NCBI GenBank assembly: GCA_964035545.1
Contig: OZ037765.1
Coordinates: forward strand, 4,846,698 to 4,910,697
Reading direction: 5' to 3'
DNA length: 64,000 nucleotides
Source: Bugula neritina
Lineage: Eukaryota; Animalia; Bryozoa
The notes beneath the pieces were generated by a model. It ran no database searches and was not told where the DNA came from. It saw nothing but the letters and a program-made list of their open reading frames with translations. This document shows, piece by piece, positions 40,101-52,100 of this stretch. Positions within the stretch are counted from its first letter, which is position 1, and every line of letters starts with the position of its first letter. Made by a program: the position numbers and the translations under genes.

Positions 40101-43100
40101 ATTATCACCACAACAAATAAATTAAGTTAATTTATAGCAGAGAAATCACATTTTTTACAGCTAAAAATGTATAATTACAATAGGTGAGCATAATTACTGC
40201 TATAAACGTAACAACAAATGTATTACCTGGTTATGGGAAATTCCCCCTGCCAAGGCCAAGTCTTTTACCTCCTCGTCAGTTGCATAAGGGTGGTCCCGGT
40301 GTTGCTGATACCAGCGTTGGAGAATAGATACGGCCTTTTTTGACAAAAATCTGCTTTTCTTTTGTACACCAACATTTGAATTAGCTGGTTTATTTTGAGA
40401 CCCACTAAGATCAAGTGGAGCTTCTATGTTCTCTAGAAGAGCGGAGGGGGTGCTGGAGGCATTGGTAGAAGGCAGGGGAAGGCTGGAACCCAGGCCTCCA
40501 GGCAGATTAACTAAAATAATATATAAGTCATTATTTTTCCACGACTTGAATGATTTCGTCTTAACATCTGCTACAATACCAAGGCATTTTTCTACTGTGA
40601 GTGTTTAAATTCTCATTTTTGTGTCATTGTGACAGTTAGGCACTTGGGTAATTGCTTGATATTAGATAAGTTTTGCAAATGTAAACACAATCGTGTAGTT
40701 AAAAATAACAGCTTGAGGCAGTGTATCAAAGTGTCACCCGTATTTACTCATATTTAGAGCATTTCAACTTGAGAAGTTATGATTAAAGAGATATAGTTAC
40801 ACCTGCGGGGATGATAATCTATATCACAGCACTATTCACACAATACCTCTGAGAAACTGTAAAAACTTGAAGAGGTAAAATAAACGAGAGCCAAGCATCA
40901 GCTGCACTGGCAAATTAGCCAGCATAATAATTAATATTAGGCTAACCTGCGTTGAAAGATATGCATAATTTTACATAATGCTCATGAGAAAAGGCCAATT
41001 AATATAATTTTTTGAAGTGTCATTTCTACGGTTGGCAAATTAGATTATATAATCGTATAGGATTCAAAACCAACAATTTTTCACAGGTTTTTGATATTCT
41101 GCATAATTATCTAAACCCCAGAATAATGAGAGGTCTTATTGTACACGCCTATAAAATCATCATATATTAAAGATAATCAAGGACAATATTCAACAAAGTA
41201 AAAAACCCGGATCTTTGATTATAAAAAAGATTTGAGAGTAAAATTAGGTGCTTGAAAGTTTTTCACAAACATGATAAAAACAGAGTATAAAAATTTTGAT
41301 AAAACAACTAGGAATAGTTTATTGGACCTAGCAAGTGTTTGTAGTTTCAAGGTCAGTGAAATATAGAGAGCTATTTTGTATATAGAAATACAGGTTGCTC
41401 TTTTATGTAGAAACACAGATAGCTGCTGTGTATAAAAGACTACATATAAACACTTGATGAAAAAAAAACCACTGGTTGTGTACCAAATTTGAAATACAAT
41501 TTTAAATATAAGTTAAAAACAAAAATTGAGTTGTGTTGAATAAAACATAAAAAACTGACTTTAGGTACAACTACAAGAGCAACTATGTGTAATCAGTAAT
41601 AAGGTAATACTTTAAGGCACCAAATGTTTTAGAAAGTGAAATTATTTTTATATAATATGTGCACAATCATATACACGCATTTTCATAAGCATTTCTATAT
41701 ACACATTCTCAACAAAAACCTAAGCATGTAAAGCAATATAAAATTAACAAATACAAATGAAATATTTATGTTTGAACAATACTTACCACCAGGTTTCATA
41801 GCAACATCTGGCATCAAAAGTTTAGTCTTTTTCATCAGTGTGTCCAGAGTAACCTTCATCTGATTGATAAGGGTTTCTCGCTCCCGATTATAATGCCAAT
41901 TTATAAGCTGACTGGCATCAGCTCCATGACTGTTAAACGCCAGCGCCTTATACCTCTGAACCTCTATCTGGTCAGTATACTGGTAATACGTAGTAAGCAG
42001 CGCGGGGAAATAAGACTGCAGTTGAATCAGCATCATTTGCAGTACAGCGTGTTCTTTAGCTAAACCGTCGCTAACAGTGGTAAACGAAGAGTCTAAAGAT
42101 CTAGGTGAACTACTAGTACTACTAGTTTCTGTCAGCAACGAATATGGCACATTAGATCTAACACAATCTAAAGCTAACGTAACTTGTAAGTCGTTAAAAA
42201 GAGGATGACTTTTTAGCTGTTCAAGTCTTTTTCGATGATCACTATTGCTTTCACTATCTAGGCTACCAGCCCTTTCGGCTTTGATGGTTGGTGAAGACAT
42301 TTCGAGTAGAGCGTCGCGTTCGCTACGTTTGCTCTCGTGGAAGAGACTGTGAATCGCCAGAACTGGAAGCTCGCTACTCATAATAATATAGCTGATTGAG
42401 AGAGTAACCAATCAGCTATACTCATTCATTGTATCAATATAATAGCAATATGAGAATAGAGCTGCAATAGAGTGAGACTTAATACTCGTGGAGTGCTTAG
42501 TTCGACTGCCTCTGTCACTCCTTTGCATCATAAGTAGCATGAAAACGGTAACAGGAAAAGAATGCCAATAGGTGTTTGTCTGTATGCCAATCAAGCAATG
42601 ATGAGTATTATTCAGCGTGTCAGCAATAATAAACATGTCACACTATAACCTGCCTGCCACACACTCAAGAGTGGATACATTAGCATGTCAATACACTTTG
42701 CTCTAACTGCCCACTCCCAACTTTACTTACACCAAGTAAAATTACATCAAATAAATATCTACATAAAAGGTAAAGAAATAAGTATATAATCATTGAATAT
42801 AAAAACCTAAATATCAAGTCTTATTTTCTGAATTGAAAAAAATATAAATCCGGCCCTGTAAAAAGCATGATCAAGCGTAGCACAAATAATTACGAGCATC
42901 TTTTACACAATCTTTGAGAAGTGGGTGATTAGCTTTTCACGGTGCCGATAGAGTGTATCAAAGAACAACGTGTTTAAACAAACCATCTACTTATGTAAAA
43001 CAAGCTAATCTATTGATGCATTTGAGAGCTACTAAGGCAGTTGGCCAACACAAAATCTCATAAATGAATTTTTTAACATCAAACCTTCAATAAATCATGA

Positions 43101-46100
43101 ACCCTTGGCTAGAGCATGGTTACCACACACTAAATAAAAATATGAAATGGTTTTAATTCAGAATTGTAATCTTTGTCAATAAATAGTCCTTTAGCTAAAT
43201 ATAAATTTTTTTCTAGTTTTAACTTTTAAATTAATAATTATTGACTTAGAGTAAATGGTAGTGCTAGAAGTGCTTCATGAACTTATACGTGGTATTCAAT
43301 TTTTTGTAAATTTCAAATTTATGAAACTCTAAATAAAGTCAAAATTAATTTTAACTTTAATTACACGTCTCAGCAATTTTAGCTGATATTTAATTTTGAG
43401 ACAACTTTCTCAATATCAAGATAGAAGTGAAAACATGTCTCACTCGAGTGTTAAAATATTTATTTAAAATAAAAACTTTGGTTTAAGCAAATATTTCAGC
43501 AACAAAGAATTGCACTACTAGCAGTATAATGTAATTATGCAAGATAATGCCATTTATTACCTAGCCGCATATTATCCTATATAATTATAAAACTCACTCA
43601 TGCAAGTTTATAATCGCTACTCCTGTGAGAAACCCCTGATAGAAAGAGTTTTTGTTAGAACTTATTTAGATGAGTCACAGGAGTAATTATGACCGAATGC
43701 TTTTCCTAACATCACCAATGGCCTTTGTCGGGTTCGAACCCATGACTCCGTGTTCACAAAGCAAACAAACGCTTTAACCCCCTACATAATTACATTATCT
43801 TACATAATTATAATATTCTCTAAAATGCGTCTAATAAAATTCTTTGTTGCAAAAATATTTACTCAAACTAAAGTTTTTATTTAAATACATATTTTTGCAC
43901 CCAAGTAAGGCCTATTTTCAATTTTCTACTTTGATAAAAAATGTTAAGTGAACTTTCTAAAAACCAAACTAAAAAACACCTAATTTCAACAAATGATACA
44001 GTTGTGTCCTACCTTTCTAAAACCTCAAAAAAAACCATCTTAATGCCAAAGTAATTAGAAGGTGGCTTGTGTAATTATGACTATTTAGATTTTACTACCT
44101 TATTACTAACAAATGTTCTCATGCACGGGTACCGTAAACATTTCAAACATTCTGAAATTGTGATTGAAAATGAAAAATATTAAAACATGGCATTAGTTGA
44201 GCTTTTCTCAAAACTATTTCAGGAATACATGATTTATGGCGTCAAAAATGTTTTTGAAAAAGTGCAGGTGGGTATTATTTAATTTCCACTAGTTAGGAGA
44301 AAGGTGAGGGAGTGAAGAATTATAAGTACTAAACTTGGTTGATGGGCAACAATGCAGTGAGTTAAGACTACTATTATGATAGAGCCATTGCAATAGTAAT
44401 TATTACACTGTAAATAAATTACCAGTACCACATTGCTGAGTGTATCCCCATAGATTATAGCATATTACCGTATGGTAAGCTTACAGCTAGTCTGTGTGAA
44501 AAGTAGTTCATTCTCCATAAATAAGACAGCTCAACGTCCTTAGACTCATTCAATAGAAACAGATTTTAATCTATATTTGTGAGCTAGTTTCATCAGATTC
44601 CTATGCCTGAGGTGTTACTTTTTATTTCTGAAGAAAAATGGCATCCACTCAAAAGTGACCATTAAAAATATGAGAACTAAACTTTTTTAGCAAAACATGT
44701 ATGTATTTTCATAGCTTGTGCTTTAATGGAATATAATTATTATAAAGTAAAAAATATTATACAAAACTATTACTATAACGGCTTAAAACTCTCATACAGA
44801 GTGAGAATAGAATAATAATACTAAAATAAAACTTAAAGACTGAAACCCCTACTGTTTACATGTACAAGTTTTCATGAAGAGTAGCATAAACTAATATTTA
44901 AAAACCTAAAATATGTATTTAGCCGAAAATTATAGATAGACTCAGCAAGAGAAATAAAACTGAGTGAGAGATGGAAGGAATACATGCTGTTAAAGTGTGA
45001 AACGACTATACACGCAGCACACTGAGGAGGTGTTAGAATTACATAATGACATTTAGATTTTAGCTAATTAATAGAGTGCTCCACAGTTAATTACGATGGT
45101 TAAAAGAGTGTTACACAAAACGAATTAGAAATGACACACCAGAATAATATAACTTTATTAGAAAATACAATCCTATGCTGATATATACTGTATATCAGAA
45201 AAGGGGATAACATATAATCTGGGCAATGCTAGTAGATGTCACATCAATTGTTTTGTGAACGCCTTTGTACTAAGCTATAAAGTAGATCAATTTCATGAGT
45301 GCACTTCAAAAGGATGCCACGGAACGACTGGAGCACTGATCCTACAGCACCTAGCCAGTGATTTTTCAAACCGAAAAATAATGGAAACGCCTCAGTGCTA
45401 ACCCGTTCCACCACTTTCATTAGCTAGTCAAGTTATAGATTACTTAGTTGTAAGAGGGAATGCATGCACAAGTATAACAACATTACTAATTATATACATA
45501 TGCCAGTCAATTCATATTTTCAAGATTTATATACCTTTTAAGATTGTAAATTTAATTACAACTTAAAAGCAGCCAACACTCCAAACATATGCCCAAGAAA
45601 ACAAATGTCTAAAAACAACACTAAAGTGTACTATTTACTTGTGTGTAGTCTTAGAGATGCTTACTATGTTATATCGGGCTATTAGTACGTTAATCTAGAA
45701 TTCAAATATATATTTTCAAAAATTATAAGTTATTTTTTTGGTCACAGATTGAGTATGTTAGATCTAAACGTGTATAAAATTTGCTGTTAGATGAGAAATG
45801 ACCTCCAACAAAGAACAAATCCCAGTAATTAATACAAATACCCAGTAATATGCAGTATCTAAGGGTATTACAACATACTCTGTGGTAGAGGTTGCACTCT
45901 CAAGCCAAAACAAAGGTGATAGTATTTGACAAACCTTGTGAGTAATGAGCAACCTAGTGGCCTTCAGACTTGCCTCCATCTTTATTATGGCGGCTGCCGG
46001 ATACTATAAAACAGCAAATATATTGTTTTATTATCTGTTATAAAATAAACAATGTGGTGATTAAATAAAAAATTTACTTGTACCCACATATACTGACAAA

Positions 46101-49100
46101 AAATTATAAATGCCTGCATATTGCTGTTGAATGAGAAAAGATTTCTTATTGCGTTTTAGAAAAATATCATTGATTTACAATTTTACTCAAAGCTTGTTTA
46201 ATTTTATACATGTACAAAATTAAACAAGCTTGGAAGGCATATGCACGTATAAATGTAGACTACAGCATTGCAACTTTATAACAGGTGCTTCACAAGAAAC
46301 ATACTTTTTTATGCACGCAAAAATTTAAAGCATTTAAAAAAATTAATTGCTGCCTTAAAAAAAATGGTTTTGCTTTTCAAAAAAGAATGAACGCAAAAAA
46401 TTGAATTTCTAGTGACCAGTTAATAGAAAACTATTAATTTTTAAGTTTTGGCGTATAAAAGCTGAAAAATATAATTATTTCGTGTCAGTGAAAAAGATTA
46501 ATTTTTTGCGTCTATGATGGCTAATAAATTTTATTACAAAGTGACTTTGGCAGAGTATGTGTCGTAACACCTTTTGTTCACTAACGGTAGTGTTACTTCA
46601 TTTTCCTATACTAATCTCAGTTATGAGCACTTGTAGTTATTCTTTGCAGCTTGAGCAATAGAAATAACCCACACATCTCCGACGGCAGGCATTCTAATTC
46701 ATTTGACAGATTTTTTCACCCAAGAACTAATTTCCAATATGTGTCAGTTGATTGCTCAAGGCGCCGAGCCTGCAGAGGCACCACCTAGATGTGCGACGGT
46801 AGGCCACCGCATAGCCTGGGCTACATCCTGAAGTCAACAAATGTCACCCACAATTAACAACTTTTTAATGTACTCGGAATGCTAATTTATTAACAAAATC
46901 TTTTGGGAGCATCCGTAAAATGAACTGGGTTCACACAGCTCATGAATAATATGCCGATAGATCTTCATCATAACCAAGCATCAGCCATTTTAAATGAGGA
47001 AGATTTTATCATCACGTATTTTTCATTTCTAATATCTCTTTATCTTCAATTACATTACAATAAAATGCTAATTTATGTTTCATGTTTACAGGCCTCTATA
47101 GAAAACCCATTGTAACCAATGAAACATTGAGAAAAAATCAATCTAATGACATTGCAAAAATGAAAATTGTATCATTAAATATTATATCAGAGGTGAAGAA
47201 CTGTGAACAAAACTGAAATCATATATACTAGGACAGAAGTTGAAACAATAAAAACTAACACAATAGACCACAGTGTTGAGGATACCAGGATATATTATTA
47301 GACACTTATACTTCTCAGCAGTCACAGTTGCTGGCATATCACCAGTAGCCAATTGCTATGCGTTGCCAGCTCTAGATTGAGTCGCTCTAATATCCAGTTT
47401 GTTGCCAACAAAACACTTTTTTGTCCTTTTCATGAAAATTTTAGAATTTTTGGAGAAATGTTCAAAGAAAGAAATTGGAGAAAAATTTTATAATTCTTTC
47501 CAGCATGTATTTACATCTTTTTGGATAGCAAATATAACTGCTACTTATTTTGAGAAAGATACAAGTACTAAGACGAAAAACTCAACTCAATTGATTATAG
47601 CATAACTCAAGCAATTATCAAGCTAGTAAACAAGTTTTTGAGAAAGGATAAAAAGTTAAACATGGACAAAAAACTTTATATTTAGATTTGAATTAAATAC
47701 AATGTTTGGTTTTTTATCCTTTAAAGAGTAAGTTAGTTATCAAATTTTCTGTTCATAGACCGAGCTACAATAAATATTCTATTTCCCATCTTAATTTAAA
47801 TACTTTTATATATGAAATAAAAAGTTTAAACAAAATTTCAACAAACTTCCACAGTGTATAATATATCAGAAAAAAATTTCAGTCAATAAAAACTATATTA
47901 TACAAAGTGATATCAATATTTATTTGAAGTGAAGTTTCAAAACCGTAATTGCTTTGGCCATTGGAAAAATAAAAATTTTAGGAACATGTCAAGTTATGAA
48001 ATAGTAGGACATGGGACTGTATCCTGGTCCACCTAGACATCATATGGCATCAGAGTTGGGGTTTAACTTGAGGTTAGCAATTCACAAAAGACCTGATAGG
48101 CTGAGCTAAGTGGTGAAGTCATAAGGATTAGTCATAAATTCACATGTCACACCAGAATGTTTAATAAGTCTCAACTGCCACTCGGCTAAGATTATAGCAG
48201 TAGGTGACAGGTGCTTGCAACAAGGCGTGAAATTCTGAGTTACACTTTTTTTCTTAATAAAAATTTCCATCTCTTTTCAGTAAACAAGCAGATACGCATT
48301 TGCACATCAGTAAATATTACCATCTAGCTAAACCCATTGTTGTAAAAATCATTTTTATAATCCCACATCAATATAATTTATTTGAAACAAAGTTTTACAA
48401 AAAAAATGGTTTATACATCAGTCTTCAGAGTAATAAAAAAGCAAAAAGGAAACAGAAATTAGATCTCCTTTTAATATAATGGCCAGCTAAGGCTAGGGAG
48501 TAACAAGCTACAGATTCCTAGAAAGTATTACTGTTGCAAATGCTCATAGTGAAACACAGTTGATTACTGAAAAATTAACTCCATTACAATTTTAATGCAT
48601 ATAAGTTAAAAGAAACTTGAACATGCTCAAAGTATTATAGTATTTAATGTTTGCTAAATTTTTTAACAATGCAATCTTTTATTTTATCATAGTTATTATG
48701 AATACAAAAATATATTTACGAAACAATATGTCATGTATTTTTTGCAACTGTGTAAATGAAATAGAATAAAGTAGTCTTTTCAATAACCCTCCATCATGCC
48801 AAAACATATAGCATAGACATTTCTCACTACTAATTATGTTTTACCAATCGTTACAACAACTAACACCATTTCATGCCAACTGTCTACAGAATTAGCTGCT
48901 TGATATTAGTTGATATAGTTTTGTATAAAGAGTTGTTATTGTTGCTCTACGCTGTTTGAAGATGTCACTTCATATTAATCACCTAATTAAACTGCCCTCC
49001 ACATTTTGCCTCCGTGGCACATAATTTCTAGGCTTTACCAATTCAAGGAGGTTCCTACAGCTTAATTATTACCTCAATATGGCAGCATTACAGTCATTAT

Positions 49101-52100
49101 TAGCTACTGCAAACCTGTCACCTATCTACACAGCAATTACATGAACTATTCAACAAGGCTTTATTACAAAACAACCACCTCATATGATTTGGGCCCGGTT
49201 TTTAAAAATGCTCACCCCCAAATATAACTGTATTCCAGTCAACTATTAATGAAATATACACATTATTACACAGCTGTGTAACAATATTTAAATAACAATA
49301 AGTATGATACCCATGATCTACAATACCACGACACATAATGCATGGCATTTTCTAAATAAGCAACATAATAAAACGTATCATCATGGCACCGCACTGTGTT
49401 ATTATTTTAGTGCAAGTGGACATGTCAAATGAAACTGTATATTTTATATCTCTTCAGTATGTGCTTTTAAACACTCCATTGAGCTATACACTACTTTCAT
49501 AGAAGTTTCATGCGTAACTTTGTACACCTATGCAAATTTCATACAAATCCTTAACTGACAAAATACCAACGACTAACAATATGCAGGTAGCTCTATTTTT
49601 AAAAATATATTTTTGCATCCTTTTAGATTTAATTAAACAAGAAATGTAGTGATTCCCTATTCAGAGTATTACCAAATATTTTTGCAATTCAACAAATAAA
49701 GAAAAAACGTCCCCAACATATATAAAAAGAAAAGGTAATCAAAATCTGAGCACCAGGTTTTCATTAAAAGTTTTAAGTTTTCGAAAAACCCAACATCCTG
49801 GTGCACTTGTTTTTGCATCACGTCTTAGTGATATCATGTTATAAGTGGCATGATGATAAGCAGCTAGGCCGTGCATTTCTATGGGTGTTAACCAAAATAC
49901 TAAAACCGCAAATACACAGACTGGCAAGATACCCTCGCGCAAACAAGATATTTCAAATTGAAAATTGCAATACATTAATTGGAAATGCACCAATTTTCCA
50001 TCAACTACATCAATGAGCTTAGTGGTGCTTCCCTGCATTCACACATCTCTAGGGTCTTCGCTAAGCGACAAATAATGGCGACAGCGTGATATTGATAACT
50101 TTTCTAATAAAAAAATAATTGCGTCTAAACTGCTGAGTAAGCACTCTTACAGTAAGCTGAAGAGAATTTTGTTTAGTTCGATAAGAAAAAAGATTACGAT
50201 CCAAATGATAAGCAGATGAGTTGAAGTAAAACCGCACCTTGTCATAGCAAGCAATGGCTTCCCGGTATTGAGCAATCACGTCGGTAGTCGTCACGTTGAG
50301 CTTCGCTTTCGTTGATGCCAAATCCAAGTGACTAAAACTGTTTTGTAGTGAGAGAGAAGGGTCTTCAATACAAAAAGAAAATAAAATGATATTAATGCTT
50401 ATACAAAATTTCAAAGTCTTGCTATCAAATATAGAAGTGTGGGCTAAATTAAAAAATTAAAATCTTTACCAACCTTAATAAAAAGTATTTCATATAAAAA
50501 TTACGCTTTTTAATTTCAAAACGCATTAATAGCAATGAGCAAGCCGAATGCAATTAGTTTTCACTATATTTAGATGTTGTCCTCTTTATTTAATAGAATC
50601 AATAGTTTAAGAACAACAGCAGTGAAACTACATCAACTTATAGTGAAGATAACTCCAAAATGTCAAACAATACTGGTTAAAACATAGATTTTCCACTGCA
50701 AAGAATTTGATACATCTGTGCTGATGGTAAAGTTTAAAATATTTTTATTACTCAATTCTGATTTACAAATAAGTCATGTGATGATACGTTCTAAATATCT
50801 AAACATGCAAGCTAAAACTTCTCAAAGAAAATTGCCGCAAAGTTAGACCAACCAATAAAATATGAAACCAAGCATAAAATAAAAAAGTGTAAATCCTAAA
50901 AAGAGATTGATTGCTGAGCAGATAGATACAGAAAAAAATATTGCAGCCTTCATTAGACAACTTTTTTTTCAAGTTGCATCACAGTACTTGTATGCAATGA
51001 GTAAATTCTGAAAATTGTCAAATTAATCTATTTTTTCAATACAGCGACTATAGTCTAACAGCACCAACATTTTCAAAGACGTGAAAATGATATTCATCTA
51101 TTTATAATTTGCACACTCTGTCTGGTAGACCTGCCCTGCTCAGGCAACAGTAAAGAGGGTAATACCTAGTAAGAGGACCGGCGAGGAGCGGCCAGTGTAG
51201 GAGGAGTTCCTCTTCATGGTCCCCTCTCCTCCTGTCTTACTCAGTTCCTGAGCCATCAGCACCAAGCTGGAGGCCACAGCAATTCCCTCCAGTGCACCTG
51301 TCACATGGAGAAGACAACTACTAGAGAAGACAATTACTAGAGCAGACAACTCTCAGCAAGTTGCATCAAAAAACAGAAATACAGTCAATCAATGAACTAA
51401 AAATTTCTAGTTATAGTTATAGTTCAATGCAGCCAACTAACATATATGGATTGTTTGTAAAGCCAGGCTGGTATGAAATCTTTATTTACATTATGGAGTT
51501 ATCCTTCCAAAACAACAGTCGAATGGTGCAATTTATCGCTAACAGTCCAACACTGTATTAACTTTTGTGCATGTTTTAAGTTTGTTGATCGAACTCAAGT
51601 GATGATGCACAGCTACTCAGAGTACATTCTAAGTTAACATCATATGTGAAATGAAACGATAAACCTGGAGCTGCTGTAATTTCAACAATTTAATATACTG
51701 ACTATATTTTACCATGTAAGTAGAAATAAATCAGTGCTAAAAAATTTGAAAACAAAAATCCCTAATGGGTATAGCGATTGAAAACTGGTATTGAGAGACC
51801 AACTCCTAGCATCAGCCTACTAATCGAAAACGGTAATGTATACACATATCAAATGCAATTGTTTTGTCACTGTGTTCACACAGAGCCTGCTCAGAATTTA
51901 GTAATCTGGGATGATTAATGATTATAAATACCCATACATAATGATAATTTCTAACACAATAATTACATTCGAAGCACTCACTTTATTACAGTACATTTTA
52001 CTTTTTCGAATTTTTTGTCATATGCACTGTCTCACAATTTTTGCTAATTAAAAATAGCCAATCACACAAATTAAGCCGAAACCTAGTTTGATCATACGCC

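Noticed and set aside
41695-42411. Stand-alone 238-aa gene as listed in the ORF track
   Set aside because: It has a perfect GTAAGT donor at 41786 and splices in frame to the homeobox exons; the hydrophobic tail is intron read-through.
44100-44200. Helitron/HINE-like end motifs (also ~1470-1490 and ~2530-2580)
   Set aside because: Only short degenerate GCACGGGT/CTAG-like motifs; no paired ends or second copy to support a call.
46004-50237. Second nested protein-coding gene in the 4.2-kb TRAPPC9 intron (e.g. ORF 49739-50038)
   Set aside because: No recognisable domain or consistent exon chain; more likely regulatory or repeat-derived DNA.
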